Numbered from the stretch's first letter, positions 19,994 to 33,638 are shown. The stretch is 64,000 bases of DNA from a bacterium (GCA_046758365.1 JBHIAC010000004.1:3211-67210), one strand, 5' to 3'. The notes: generated by a model from the sequence alone, not told the origin. Numbers and translations are program-made.

Positions 19994-22686
19994 AATGGTT
20001 GCTATTAAAACTTACTTTTATATTAATTTATTTGCTGTTTGTTTTCCCCAATTTTGTTTATGCCCAAGAAGAAATCCTATCGGATAGTACAAATTTAAGT
20101 CCTTCGGACACTTCAGATATTACAAAAGATAGAAGCCTTTTTGAAAACCGGCTTTCAAGAGCTAACAAAGATACAATATTAACAGAAAGTGTGAAACCAG
20201 TAGATGTGGGTATAGATACTTCAGTGGTATTTTCCGCCCGAACCTTTCATATTAACAAAGCAGAACGTATTACATACCTTATTAACAATGCAGTTGTTAA
20301 ATATAAAAACGTGACCATTGGGGCCGGGAAAATAACGGTTCTTTGGAATGAAAATACTATTATTGCGGAAGGATTGCCTGATACCTCAAATTCAAATAAC
20401 CCAACTGATGGAGATAGCCTAAAAATTAAGAATAATGGATTACCGATATTCTCCGATGGTAAAGAAACAATTCGTGGAGAAAAAATGGAATACAATTTCA
20501 AGACTGAACGCGGACGTGTAATTCGAGGCAGGGGTGAAATTGAAGGCGGTTATTATTTTGGTGATGCCATCAAACGCGTAACTGCAAAAGAATTTAACAT
20601 CTCCAATGGAATTTATAGCACCTGCAATAAAGAGGAGCCCCACTTCCATTTTAAAGGTAAAAAGATGAAAATTATTTTAGATGATAAAGTCATAGCCAAG
20701 CCGGTGATATTTTTTATTGGTAAAATACCCATAGCACTAGTACCTTTTATAATACATTCAACCAAGGCACAACGCCAATCGGGTATAATTATACCTCAAT
20801 ATGGCAGCAGCTCACTGGAGGGTCGTTATCTCCGAAATTTGGGCTACTATTGGGCGGCCAGCGAATATTTCGATGCGCGTTTTACGCTGGATTTTTTTGA
20901 AAAGACGGGCATCCTTTTTCGCACCCATATGACTTATGCCCTTCGTTACAATTTTAGAGGATCAGTTTCTGGCTCTTTCACGCGTAAAAATTTTTCCAGT
21001 GGTACACGTCAACGTCGATGGGACTTTAGTATCAGACATAGTCAAACGATCAATCCTACAACTAACCTATCTGTGAATGCAAGCTTTGTCAGCAATAACA
21101 GTTTTTATCGAGAATTTAGTCAAAATCGGAATCAGCGTTTAAGCAGGCAGCTCATTTCTAACGCTACTTTCACTAAAAGATGGTCTGAGGGGAAAAATAG
21201 CATAACTTTGAATCTTTCACAAACAAAAGATTTAGAAACTGGAAGTAGTGCCATAACGCTTCCACAAATTCGTTTTACCCGGAACCAGAGTGCAATTTTT
21301 CCTTTTAAACATGAAAAACAAGCCCGTGTTTCGGGTAGGGCCAACGAAAAACCTAAATGGTATAACTTTCTGAGATATGATTATAAAGGATTTTTTGTAA
21401 ATTCGGTGAAAAAAGATAGTACAGGTGATCCTGATGCGGACGTGAAAAGACGGGCAGAGCATGCCCTTAATTTTAGTTTCACAAATCCAAAAAAGATTTT
21501 CGGATGGCTTAGTATTAATCAAACATTGCGCTATAAAGAAGATTGGTTTGATCGTACCAAAACCTTTTCTTTGGATGTTTCGACCAATGATACCTTGGAG
21601 ACCGAAGATAAAGGTTTTGCAGCTCGTCGGATTTTTTCTTTATCTGTTTCGGCTAACACGAAATTGTACGGCACTTTCTTTCCCAATATTGGTTCTATTA
21701 AAACCATACGCCATGTTATGACGCCTACAATGACTTTTTCATATCAGCCTGATTTTTCCGATCGATTTTGGGGCTATTTTCAATCTTTGCAAGACACCTC
21801 GGGAAAAGATATTCCGGGGCTGGACCGGTTTGGTGGCACCCCTTCTGGAGAACGAAAAAGTTTATCGTTTGGCCTTAGCAATCTATTTCAGATGAAACTT
21901 GGTGAAGGTGAGAAAGAAAAGAAGATAGACTTGTTTAATTTGAATTTTAATGGTGGCTACAATTTTGCGGCTGATAATTTTAATTGGAATGATTTACGTA
22001 CAACATTTAGAGCCAATCCCAGAAAGAATCTTGGAATTAGTATGGGTATGACCCATAGTTTTTATGATTATGATCCAGAAACGGGAAATCGTGTCAATAA
22101 ACTTTTATTTAATAAAAAGGGAATATTTAATTTTCTCAGGCTTACGCGATTTCAATTGGATGCAAGATGGAGTTTGAGCGGTCGTAGAAAAAGTGCGAAA
22201 CAAAATGGTGGTGGCCAATCTTCCACTGGCAAGATTCAAGGAGCAGAATCTTTACCAATTGAACAAGTTGACCATTCACAATTACAAAATGGAGATGAAG
22301 TCAGGGATCGTTTTCAATCTCAGAGTGCCTTTTCAGCCTTTGACATTCCTTGGCGAGCTACGGTCTCATTTTCTTACAGTGTAAATAAATTTAATCCTAC
22401 AAGGCCTAGTCGAAATGCCTATATCGATCTGTCTAACGTAGAAGTACAATTGACTAAAAAGTGGCGTATAGGTTATCGTTTTAGGTATGATATTGAGAAT
22501 AGTAAGATTGCAGATCAACGGATATCCATTTACAGAGACTTGCATTGCTGGGAGGCTCAATTTAATTGGAATCCTTCAGGAATTGGTCGAGGGTTTTATT
22601 TTAAAATAAACATTAAAGCGCCTCATCTTCGACAAATAAAAATCGAACAACGAGGGGGTACGACTAGTGTGTTCTCACCATTTTAA
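19990..22686 (+). CDS. LPS-assembly protein LptD-like (OstA N-terminal domain plus large beta-barrel)
   Basis: 898 aa with a signal peptide, an OstA-like beta-jellyroll segment, and a long barrel region ending ...TSVFSPF. Confidence 0.6.
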   Translation: MKWLLLKLTFILIYLLFVFPNFVYAQEEILSDSTNLSPSDTSDITKDRSLFENRLSRANKDTILTESVKPVDVGIDTSVVFSARTFHINKAERITYLINNAVVKYKNVTIGAGKITVLWNENTIIAEGLPDTSNSNNPTDGDSLKIKNNGLPIFSDGKETIRGEKMEYNFKTERGRVIRGRGEIEGGYYFGDAIKRVTAKEFNISNGIYSTCNKEEPHFHFKGKKMKIILDDKVIAKPVIFFIGKIPIALVPFIIHSTKAQRQSGIIIPQYGSSSLEGRYLRNLGYYWAASEYFDARFTLDFFEKTGILFRTHMTYALRYNFRGSVSGSFTRKNFSSGTRQRRWDFSIRHSQTINPTTNLSVNASFVSNNSFYREFSQNRNQRLSRQLISNATFTKRWSEGKNSITLNLSQTKDLETGSSAITLPQIRFTRNQSAIFPFKHEKQARVSGRANEKPKWYNFLRYDYKGFFVNSVKKDSTGDPDADVKRRAEHALNFSFTNPKKIFGWLSINQTLRYKEDWFDRTKTFSLDVSTNDTLETEDKGFAARRIFSLSVSANTKLYGTFFPNIGSIKTIRHVMTPTMTFSYQPDFSDRFWGYFQSLQDTSGKDIPGLDRFGGTPSGERKSLSFGLSNLFQMKLGEGEKEKKIDLFNLNFNGGYNFAADNFNWNDLRTTFRANPRKNLGISMGMTHSFYDYDPETGNRVNKLLFNKKGIFNFLRLTRFQLDARWSLSGRRKSAKQNGGGQSSTGKIQGAESLPIEQVDHSQLQNGDEVRDRFQSQSAFSAFDIPWRATVSFSYSVNKFNPTRPSRNAYIDLSNVEVQLTKKWRIGYRFRYDIENSKIADQRISIYRDLHCWEAQFNWNPSGIGRGFYFKINIKAPHLRQIKIEQRGGTTSVFSPF

Positions 22687-22807
22687 TATTTGGATCCAAA
22701 GATTTGATTGGTAATACTATAATTTAAGGCACAACTTTTATCTTGATTTTAGTAAGTTAAAAGCTTATATTACAAACAGATTTGGCAAGATCAATTGGGG
22801 AATCTTA

Positions 22808-23572
22808 ATGTCGAAAATTATTACCATCGCTAATCAAAAAGGCGGGGTTGGTAAAACAACTACTGCAGTCAATCTTTCAGCTTGTTTGGCGGTTGCAGAG
22901 CATTCAACACTTTTAATAGACATTGATCCACAAGCTAATTCAACCAGTGGTGTCGGGATAGACCCCAAGAGGGTCCAAAAAAGTATTTACGAAGTAATAA
23001 TAGAAAGCCTTGATATTCAACGGGCTATAACCACAACAAATTTGAAGTATTTGGACCTACTCCCATCGACAGTTCGTTTAGCCGGCGCAGAAATTGAATT
23101 AGTAAACTCTATTTCTCGGGAAAAAGTTTTGTACAATGCTTTACAAAATTTGAAAAGAAATTATGATTATATTTTTATTGATTGTCCTCCTTCTTTAGGC
23201 CTTTTAACCATAAATGCCTTAACCGCGGCTGATTCAGTACTTATCCCTATTCAGTGTGAATATTACGCCTTGGAAGGATTGGGCCAATTACTTAATACCA
23301 TTCGGTTGGTTCAGAAGCATTTAAATGAAAAGCTTGTTATTGAAGGTGTTCTTTTGACAATGTTTGACAGCCGTCTAAACCTTTCACGTCAAGTTGCCGA
23401 GGATGTTAAAAGATACTTTGATAATAAAGTTTTTAAAACCATTATAGATCGAAACGTTCGATTGAGTGAAGCTCCAAGTTATGGTAAGCCCATCATATTA
23501 TACGATGCTATCTCAAAAGGGGCAGAGAACTATATGAACTTAGCGGAGGAAATTTTGAGTAATGGCCGTTAA
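22808..23572 (+). CDS. parA: chromosome partitioning ATPase ParA/Soj
   Basis: Deviant Walker [12 protein letters not shown] and DCPPSLG. Confidence 0.9.
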   Translation: MSKIITIANQKGGVGKTTTAVNLSACLAVAEHSTLLIDIDPQANSTSGVGIDPKRVQKSIYEVIIESLDIQRAITTTNLKYLDLLPSTVRLAGAEIELVNSISREKVLYNALQNLKRNYDYIFIDCPPSLGLLTINALTAADSVLIPIQCEYYALEGLGQLLNTIRLVQKHLNEKLVIEGVLLTMFDSRLNLSRQVAEDVKRYFDNKVFKTIIDRNVRLSEAPSYGKPIILYDAISKGAENYMNLAEEILSNGR

Positions 23573-24425
23573 GAGGCTTGGTAAAGGATTGAGCGCCTTG
23601 ATTCCTGATATTTCAATTGATGAGCAGCCTCAAGTAGAGCGCCTCAGAGATATTGAAGTTTCCACAGTTAACCCAAATCCTTTTCAACCTAGGGAAACTA
23701 TTGATGCAATTGCTTTAGAGGAATTAAAACAATCCATTGAAGAAAATGGCGTCATTCAACCTATTACGGTTCGTGAAATAAATTCAGGCTATGAATTAAT
23801 CGCTGGCGAAAGAAGACTCAGAGCGGTGCGTGATTTGGGATTAGAACACATACCTGCTTATGTGTTAGAGGTTAACACCGATGAGGAGATGCTGGAGCTT
23901 TCACTTGTCGAAAATATTCAAAGAGAAAATCTCAACCCCATTGATGAAGCAAACGGCTTCGAAACTTTGATTACAAAATGTAACCTAACGCAAGATGAAG
24001 TAGCTAAAAAAGTAGGGAAAGACAGATCAACTATTACCAATTCTCTTCGACTCCTCAAGTTGCCAAGCGTTATTCAAGACAGTTTAATTAAGGGGGAAAT
24101 TACTGCTGGACACGCCAGAGCTTTTCTAACCTTACCAAATAAGAGTGCCCAAATTGCTTTCTGGAAAAGAACAGTTCAAAAAAAACATTCAGTACGACAG
24201 GTTGAAAAACTTGTTAAGGAATCAACTCAACCATTAAAACCCAAAAAAGAAAAACGTAGAGAAGTTGATCCTTTAATTCAGGAATCGGAGGATAAATTAA
24301 GGAGCATTTTAGGCACTCAAGTTCGAATACACGCGAATAGAAAGGGAACGGGCGGTAAAATAGAAATTGAATACTATTCAGATGCCGATCTTGAAAGAAT
24401 ATTAGAACTAATGGAAAAAATTTAA
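23562..24425 (+). CDS. parB: chromosome partitioning protein ParB/Spo0J
   Basis: NPFQPR, GERRLRA (arginine patch), an HTH segment, and an 11-nt overlap with parA. Confidence 0.9.
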   Translation: MAVKRLGKGLSALIPDISIDEQPQVERLRDIEVSTVNPNPFQPRETIDAIALEELKQSIEENGVIQPITVREINSGYELIAGERRLRAVRDLGLEHIPAYVLEVNTDEEMLELSLVENIQRENLNPIDEANGFETLITKCNLTQDEVAKKVGKDRSTITNSLRLLKLPSVIQDSLIKGEITAGHARAFLTLPNKSAQIAFWKRTVQKKHSVRQVEKLVKESTQPLKPKKEKRREVDPLIQESEDKLRSILGTQVRIHANRKGTGGKIEIEYYSDADLERILELMEKI

Positions 24426-24677
24426 TGATTTTAAGTGATTGTAACCTTCAGAAAATTCTTGAATTTTTGTTTTATTATTTTTAACTTTTTTATGATTATA
24501 CAAACAACTCTACTGTCATTATGAAGCTACAAGATTGCTCCAACACGCGTCCTCGCCCGTTGGTTACAAGCGCCTGCAAGGACGCATGCTTGAGCTTAGT
24601 AAATTGGAAAGAATTTAAAATGCTTTAATGACTTAGGTACAAAAAGGTAGGAATCTAAAATTCTTAAGTTGTAAATA

Positions 24678-25562
24678 ATGAAAAAAAGAAGATCAAGTAA
24701 AATATCCATTTTAGTTGTTCCTGAAGATAATACCGAACCTTATAGCTTTCGTTTAAATACTAGATTAGTAAAATTTTTATATTTTGTCGGAGGGTTATTA
24801 ATTTTACACATTATTCTTGGAGCAATCTTTTATTTTAAATATGCAAATTTAAATACATTTAATCAACAATTGTTAGAAAATAATGCCCAGCTTCTACAGG
24901 ATAACAAAAGAGTAATTGCTTTGGCAGATCAATTATATAATTTGGAAAAGGAATACAAAAAAGTAAGGAATTTACTTGGTATTAACGATGACTTTAAACC
25001 AACGACAGGTGGAAGGATTAAATCTAATCAATCAACTTTACCATTGGACAATATTATTCCTCCACTTTCCACAGAAGCCGAGTCGCGTTTGAATTTATTT
25101 GAATCTAAAGCACGCTACTTATTGTCTCCCCATAAGAGCAAGCTACATTACTACGCTGAAAATATCCCTACACTTCTTCCAGTGGAAGGCTTTTTAACCT
25201 CTGATTTTAATAAGGAGGGATGGTTTTTTCCTAAAACACACACTGGGATCGATATTGCGGCGAAAAAGGGCACAGTGATTCGGGCTGCTGGTTCTGGTGT
25301 AGTAATATTTGCAAATTGGACCTGTGATTTGGGGAATTTAATGATTATTGACCACGGAGGCGGCATTTTGTCCTATTATGGGCATAATCAAAGATTGTTA
25401 AAAAGTGAAAAAAATTATGTTAAAAAAGGGGAATCTATTGCACTCTTAGGGACTTCGGGTAGAAGTTCAGGGCCCCATCTACATTTTGAAATTTGGAAAG
25501 ATGGGGCACCTGTGGATCCAAAAGAGTTTATTCTAGCCTTTAATATTAAAACTAATCGTTAA
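24678..25562 (+). CDS. M23/LytM-family metallopeptidase with N-terminal TM and coiled coil
   Basis: Intact HTGIDI (HxxxD) and GPHLHFE (HxH) catalytic motifs. Confidence 0.85.
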   Translation: MKKRRSSKISILVVPEDNTEPYSFRLNTRLVKFLYFVGGLLILHIILGAIFYFKYANLNTFNQQLLENNAQLLQDNKRVIALADQLYNLEKEYKKVRNLLGINDDFKPTTGGRIKSNQSTLPLDNIIPPLSTEAESRLNLFESKARYLLSPHKSKLHYYAENIPTLLPVEGFLTSDFNKEGWFFPKTHTGIDIAAKKGTVIRAAGSGVVIFANWTCDLGNLMIIDHGGGILSYYGHNQRLLKSEKNYVKKGESIALLGTSGRSSGPHLHFEIWKDGAPVDPKEFILAFNIKTNR

Positions 25563-25588
25563 TCGAGGATAAACAGGCGAGGAATATT

Positions 25589-26038
25589 ATGCTAGGGAAA
25601 AAAAATGTTGATGTCTTTAACACAAGTGGTGATTTAAATACGATAATTGGTAAGGGCTCTACTTTCGAAGGTACCCTAAAAGTGAAAAGCACACTCCGTG
25701 TAGATGGCAAAGTCAAAGGTAATATCACCACCAGCGATTCATTAGTAGTTGGAAAAGAAGGGGACATTAATGGAGAAGTAAAGGTAATAAATGCAATTTT
25801 AGGGGGTAAATTAAAAGGGAAACTCCATGCTTCGGGAAAGGTTGTTTTGGAATCTAATTCCATTTTTAATGGTGAACTTAAAACGAGCAAATTGGTAATT
25901 GATGAAGGTGCAATTTTTGAAGGGATTTGTTCCATGAGTGATGTTAAAATCCCTGAAAGCAAGACTGAATTTCCTAAAAGTGTTTCTTCTATGATAGATC
26001 AAAAAGGAGAAACTAAAGAAATCAAAATAGCAAAATAA
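25589..26038 (+). CDS. bactofilin (polymer-forming cytoskeletal protein, CcmA-like)
   Basis: DUF583-type beta-helix repeats (G.L.V.G.V.G.I), 149 aa. Confidence 0.85.
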   Translation: MLGKKNVDVFNTSGDLNTIIGKGSTFEGTLKVKSTLRVDGKVKGNITTSDSLVVGKEGDINGEVKVINAILGGKLKGKLHASGKVVLESNSIFNGELKTSKLVIDEGAIFEGICSMSDVKIPESKTEFPKSVSSMIDQKGETKEIKIAK

Positions 26039-26039
26039 C

Positions 26040-26285
26040 TTGAATGATAATTCTTCAGATAGCAGAAAAGGCATTAAGACAGTAGCTCCTTACTTCGATT
26101 TGGGTCTTCGATTTGCAATTGCTATAATATTAGGGGTTGGAGGCGGGTACTGGTTGGATTCAAAATTGAATACTACTCCATTAATGCTTATTCTTGGATT
26201 ATTTTTGGGGGCTACCTCTGGATTTTTAACAGTTTATAGAGCGGTCTACCCCCACGATTCTACAAAATCGAGAAAAGATGAATGA
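26040..26285 (+). CDS. AtpZ/AtpI-family small membrane protein
   Basis: 81 aa, two TM helices, located immediately upstream of the atp operon. Confidence 0.65.
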   Translation: MNDNSSDSRKGIKTVAPYFDLGLRFAIAIILGVGGGYWLDSKLNTTPLMLILGLFLGATSGFLTVYRAVYPHDSTKSRKDE

Positions 26286-26385
26286 CGTTGGTGCAAAAAC
26301 ACGAGGATTTTAACTTTGAGCAAGCGTAATTTTAATATTTTAAACTTAAGATTTTTAGCTAACGACCTTTTTGCACCTACGTCAT
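26282..26385. repeat. 18-bp inverted repeat (17/18) bracketing the atpZ-atpI spacer; palindrome family member A
   Basis: ATGACGTTGGTGCAAAAA (26282-26299) and TTTTTGCACCTACGTCAT (26368-26385). The same arms recur at 53347-53375. Confidence 0.8.
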
Positions 26386-26773
26386 GAATGAAAATTTGAA
26401 ATTTTTTATACAAATAAGTGGTATAACATCAACTATTCTCATTATATCTCTTGTTCCTGTAAAATATTTTGGAAACTCCCGATTGGCGTGGGGGGTTTTT
26501 TATGGATATTTAGTAAGTCTGGTTAATATTCTTTTTGCTTTCTTTTCAATTAAATGGGCCTTTAATAGATCCTCAAAAACCTTTTTTGCGGTTGTTCTCG
26601 GCGGGATGGGTATTAGATTTTTAGTCCTTATATTCGCGCTCTTTTTTATGTGGAATTTTACCAAAGTATCTTTAATTGGGTTCATGGTATCTTTAGTATG
26701 CTTTTATTTAACCTTACAATACTTTGAAGTCAGATTCATTCAAAAAGAGTTAAAAAGTAGAAAAGCTTCTTGA
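26384..26773 (+). CDS. atpI: ATP synthase protein I-like membrane protein
   Basis: 129 aa, four hydrophobic segments, positioned directly before atpB. Confidence 0.55.
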   Translation: MNENLKFFIQISGITSTILIISLVPVKYFGNSRLAWGVFYGYLVSLVNILFAFFSIKWAFNRSSKTFFAVVLGGMGIRFLVLIFALFFMWNFTKVSLIGFMVSLVCFYLTLQYFEVRFIQKELKSRKAS

Positions 26774-27594
26774 AAAACGATATGAATGGATTTATAGGAT
26801 TAATTTTAACAAAGATTGTTGACGGTCAGGAAGGAGGTAAACATGAGAAGGCGGGTGCTGAATTTATTATGCACCACATTACTGATTCAGATGTGATTCC
26901 AATTCATCTTTTTGGCTTTGACATATCCATCACTAAACACATTATTATGATCTGGATCGCCTCTGGATTGTTGATTGTAACTTTTTCTATATTATTCAGG
27001 AAGCCGAAATTAGTGCCGCACGGCCTTGCTAATTTCTTTGAATATCTTATTACTTATTTAGAAGAAGACGTGATGCGGCCTTATCTTGGGAGTCACAGCC
27101 GCAGGTATGCTCCTTATCTTTTGACCGCTTTCTTTTTTATATTAACCTGTAATTTGATGGGCTTAGTCCCTTTCGGTTCAACGGCCACGGGCAACATAAG
27201 CGTGACCGCAGCTTTGGCGCTTCTGACATTTTTTATGGTTCAGATTTCCGGCATTAGGAATCATGGATTCATTGGATATTTTAAGGGCATTATCCCCCCT
27301 GGTTTACCCATATTTGTATTGCCTATCATGATTCCGGTTGAATTCATTGGTATGATGACCAAGCATTTCGCCTTAGCCATTCGACTTTTTGCAAATATGA
27401 CGGCGGGTCACGTGGTTATCTTGGCCTTATTAGGACTAATCTTTAGTTTCAAGAATTGGTTTGTGGGAGGTATTACTTTAGGTGGCATTTTATTTGTAAG
27501 TTTACTTGAAATCTTAATCGCCCTGATTCAAGCGTACATATTTACTATTCTGTCATCTGTATTTATTGGCATGGCAGTTCATCAAGAGCATTAA
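26770..27594 (+). CDS. atpB: F0F1 ATP synthase subunit a
   Basis: The conserved LAIRLFANMTAGH motif with the essential Arg. The start is either TTG 26770 or ATG 26782. Confidence 0.9.
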   Translation: MKNDMNGFIGLILTKIVDGQEGGKHEKAGAEFIMHHITDSDVIPIHLFGFDISITKHIIMIWIASGLLIVTFSILFRKPKLVPHGLANFFEYLITYLEEDVMRPYLGSHSRRYAPYLLTAFFFILTCNLMGLVPFGSTATGNISVTAALALLTFFMVQISGIRNHGFIGYFKGIIPPGLPIFVLPIMIPVEFIGMMTKHFALAIRLFANMTAGHVVILALLGLIFSFKNWFVGGITLGGILFVSLLEILIALIQAYIFTILSSVFIGMAVHQEH

Positions 27595-27634
27595 TAAAAA
27601 AATTAACTTATCACAAAACAAAGAAGGAGGATTC

Positions 27635-27868
27635 ATGACTGAACTTGGAATGGCATTTTTATCTGCGGGTTTTGGTGCTGCGATCGCTGTTTTTGGTGGT
27701 GCTTATGGTATCAGCAAATTAGCAAGCGCTGCTATGGAAGGAATCGCCAGGCAACCAGAGGCGGCTGGGGATATTAGAGGTGCAATGATTATTACTGCGG
27801 CTATGATTGAGGGTGTGGCCCTTTTAGCCTTGGTTATTTGTTTCTTATTAAGTCTTAAAACTACTTAA
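27635..27868 (+). CDS. atpE: F0F1 ATP synthase subunit c
   Basis: ARQPE loop and the carboxylate in MIEGVAL. The ATG at 27635 is preceded by GAAGGAGG, and the listed longer ORF start was rejected. Confidence 0.9.
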   Translation: MTELGMAFLSAGFGAAIAVFGGAYGISKLASAAMEGIARQPEAAGDIRGAMIITAAMIEGVALLALVICFLLSLKTT

Positions 27869-27888
27869 ATTATATAGGTAAACAGAAT

Positions 27889-28383
27889 ATGAATTTACTC
27901 AGTCCAGATCCTGGGACAATATTTTGGACCGCTTTAACTTTTGTTCTTCTACTTTTTGTTTTGAAAAAGATGGCCTGGGGGCCCATTCTCCAGACCCTTG
28001 ATGAGAGAGAAAGAAGAATAAAGGAATCTCTTGAAAAGGCGAATGTGGCTCAAAAAGAACTAGAAGAGGTCAGAGTTCAACAACAAGAAATTTTGGAATC
28101 TGCCAAGAAAGAGGCTCAAGAGCTTTTAAACAAAAGTCGCAAAACGGCTGAATCTACTAAAGATGAGATTATTCAAAAAGCCCAATCCGAAGCCTCAAGC
28201 ATGATAGACCGTGCTAAACGAGAAATAGTTTTGGAAAGCGAAAAAGCCGTTGAAATGATAAAAAAACAAACGGTCGAATTATCAGTACTTATGGCTTCAA
28301 AGTTGATAAGTAAATCATTATCTTCTAAAGAGCACAAAAAATTGATTGAAGAATCTTTACAAGAAATGGTGGAGGCCAATTGA
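27889..28383 (+). CDS. atpF: F0F1 ATP synthase subunit b
   Basis: Single N-terminal TM followed by a long charged helix, in the expected operon position. Confidence 0.85.
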   Translation: MNLLSPDPGTIFWTALTFVLLLFVLKKMAWGPILQTLDERERRIKESLEKANVAQKELEEVRVQQQEILESAKKEAQELLNKSRKTAESTKDEIIQKAQSEASSMIDRAKREIVLESEKAVEMIKKQTVELSVLMASKLISKSLSSKEHKKLIEESLQEMVEAN

Positions 28384-28937
28384 GAGAAAACGTCCTTGCA
28401 AGAAGATATGCTCGAGCTCTTTTTGAAATAGCTGAAGAAAGGGGAATAATAGAAAAAATTCACAATGAAGTCGAATTGTTTAATCAGAGCTTACAAACTA
28501 ATCAACCCTTCAGAAACTTTCTCAATTCACCAGAAATTAACAAAAGTGAGAAAGTAAAAAAGATAGAGGAACTTTTTCAGGACAAAGTATCAAATGTGTT
28601 TTTTAATTTTATTCTGGTATTTTTAAAGAAAAATCGCCAATCTATTTTTACCACGATAGCTAAAGAGTTCGAGCGTCTTCATGATAAATATTCTAAAAAA
28701 ATACGAGCTTCAACTATTACGGCGGTTCCCTTAGATGAAAGCTCCTTTTCAAGAATAAAGGTAACATTAAGTCAAGCATTTGATGCAGATGTTGAGATTC
28801 AAAACAGTATTGATCCTAATATTCTGGCTGGCATAATTATAAAAGTAAATGGCCAAGTGTTCGACGGCAGTCTTCAAAGTCAATTACGCCGACTTAAATA
28901 TCAATTGACTGAAAATTCGAAATCAGATTTGGTATAA
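28380..28937 (+). CDS. atpH: F0F1 ATP synthase subunit delta (OSCP)
   Basis: [13 protein letters not shown]-terminus. The TTG start overlaps the atpF stop. Confidence 0.85.
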   Translation: MRENVLARRYARALFEIAEERGIIEKIHNEVELFNQSLQTNQPFRNFLNSPEINKSEKVKKIEELFQDKVSNVFFNFILVFLKKNRQSIFTTIAKEFERLHDKYSKKIRASTITAVPLDESSFSRIKVTLSQAFDADVEIQNSIDPNILAGIIIKVNGQVFDGSLQSQLRRLKYQLTENSKSDLV

Positions 28938-29073
28938 CATTTGCAAATATTTTATTTAGCTACAATTAACCCTATAAATGAAGGCTTTTCTTTAAAAGAT
29001 TGTTTCATTTAGGAACAAACGTATATTTATGAGATGCAATGTTCAGGTTTTTATCATTATATATAGTTATTAA

Positions 29074-30609
<1,536 letters not shown>

Positions 30610-31476
30610 TTGGCTACCCTTCGTGATATAAGGAGACGCATAAGCAGCGTTCGAAGTACTCAGCAAATTACTAAGGCCATGAAAATGGTTGCGGCCGCAA
30701 AATTGCGTAAGGCCCAGGCAAGGCTTATTAATGCAAGGCCTTATGCCTATCGTCTGGGGCAGCTTTTATCTCATGTGGCTGCCAAAGAAGACCGAAGCCT
30801 TCATCCGCTTTTGGCAGTACGAGAACCAAACAATATTTGTATTGTGACAGTAACAGCCGACCGAGGACTTTGCGGTAGCTTCAACACAAATATCATACGA
30901 AGAGCTAAATCCGAATTTGATGCGCAAATCTCTACAGAGAAGGTAAGTTTGGTCACAGTTGGGAAAAAAGGCTTTGAACATTTCTCGCATAGAGGATATG
31001 ATATAATTGAAAGATATACAAATTTCTTCGACGAACTAGAATTTAAACATGCCTTAAATATTTCTAGTTTAATCCAGGATATGTATCAAACAAAAGAATT
31101 GGATCGAGTTTTTGTTGTTTATAATGAATTTAAATCTGCAGCATTACAAAGAGTTATAGTCGAACAACTGTTACCGATTGAACCCCAATTACCAGAATTT
31201 GATAAATACCAGCCAGTAGACTATCTTTATGAACCTTCGGCTAGTAGAATATTAGATGAAATATGTCCAAAAAATTTAAATATTCAGATTTGGCGAATTT
31301 TATTAGAATCTTATGCGGCAGAACAGGGCGCTAGAATGATAGCCATGGAAACAGCTACTGACAACGCTCAAGAAATGATTTACGATTTGACACTATATTA
31401 CAATAAAGTTCGACAAGCTACAATTACTAAAGAAATTACCGAAATTGTCGGTGGTGCTGAAGCACTTCGAACTTAA
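30610..31476 (+). CDS. atpG: F0F1 ATP synthase subunit gamma
   Basis: ATLRDIRRRI.SV..T.QITKAMKMVAAAKLR N-terminus and ITKEI.EIVGGAEAL C-terminus, with a TTG start. Confidence 0.95.
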   Translation: MATLRDIRRRISSVRSTQQITKAMKMVAAAKLRKAQARLINARPYAYRLGQLLSHVAAKEDRSLHPLLAVREPNNICIVTVTADRGLCGSFNTNIIRRAKSEFDAQISTEKVSLVTVGKKGFEHFSHRGYDIIERYTNFFDELEFKHALNISSLIQDMYQTKELDRVFVVYNEFKSAALQRVIVEQLLPIEPQLPEFDKYQPVDYLYEPSASRILDEICPKNLNIQIWRILLESYAAEQGARMIAMETATDNAQEMIYDLTLYYNKVRQATITKEITEIVGGAEALRT

Positions 31477-31514
31477 TTCACTAAAATGAAAGCCATAATG
31501 AACTTATTAATTAA

Positions 31515-32930
<1,416 letters not shown>

Positions 32931-32987
32931 TGTTAAATCATGATGTTGATTCAAGCCTATTAAGATAAAAAATTATTTTCCGATTAT

Positions 32988-33395
32988 ATGTTACCTCAAA
33001 AATTAAAATTTGAGATCCTTACTCCCTTCCAAAAAGTTTACTCTAGTGATGTTTCTGCCGTTCGTGTTCCTGGCTTGAATGGATACTTTGGTGTGCTTCC
33101 TGGGCATACACCGTTGTTGGCAGCATTAAAAATTGGTGAAATAAAAGTTCAAATTGATAACAAAACTTTATATTTTGCTACGAGCGGCGGTTTTGTAGAA
33201 GTTCTTACCCACAGTATATCCGTTTTGGCTGAATCTGCTGAATCTGCTGCTACGATCAACATCAATCGTGCCCAAGAGGCCAAGGAAAGGGCAACTAAAA
33301 GATTAAAAGAAGGAAGAAAAACATGGGATGTTGTACGCGCTAAGGCTGCATTGCTTAGGGCTATTAACAGGATTCGCGTAGCTTCAAAATTTTAA
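32988..33395 (+). CDS. atpC: F0F1 ATP synthase subunit epsilon
   Basis: V.VPG..G.FGVLPGH motif, in the last operon position. Confidence 0.9.
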   Translation: MLPQKLKFEILTPFQKVYSSDVSAVRVPGLNGYFGVLPGHTPLLAALKIGEIKVQIDNKTLYFATSGGFVEVLTHSISVLAESAESAATININRAQEAKERATKRLKEGRKTWDVVRAKAALLRAINRIRVASKF

Positions 33396-33638
33396 TTCTC
33401 TTCAAAACTGTTTAATTTATTTTATCTTATAAATTGTAGAAACGAAAGCTTTCTTAGATAAAATATTATTCGCTTTTTTATTAAGAATATCAAATCTCAG
33501 TCGAAATAATGTAGAAAGTTAATTATATTTTAAGTTACAAAATATTCATTGGCAATTAAACCTATTTTTATATATTATTAATTATATAATAAAATTAACT
33601 TATCCTCGCACATGAAATTTTCAACTGTGGGGTAAAAC

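Noticed and set aside
22704-22718. The exact 15-mer TTGATTGGTAATACT is shared with 61403-61417, with partial extension (RTAAYTTA...AAGG), in both cases in spacers downstream of genes
   Set aside because: A single exact 15-mer match is within chance expectation for all-versus-all comparison of an AT-rich 64-kb window. No structure or promoter spacing could be fitted. It is worth a genome-wide count only.
25552-26074. Minus-strand ORFs of 136 and 87 aa overlapping the bactofilin gene
   Set aside because: They are antisense shadows of a repetitive beta-helix gene, with no RBS and a Ser/Pro/Leu-rich translation.
27635-27868. Possibility that the ATP synthase is a Na+-translocating or N-type enzyme
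   Set aside because: Gene order is the canonical atpIBEFHAGDC. The c subunit lacks the Gln in helix 1 and the Ser/Thr next to the carboxylate (it reads MIEGVAL) that mark Na+ binding.
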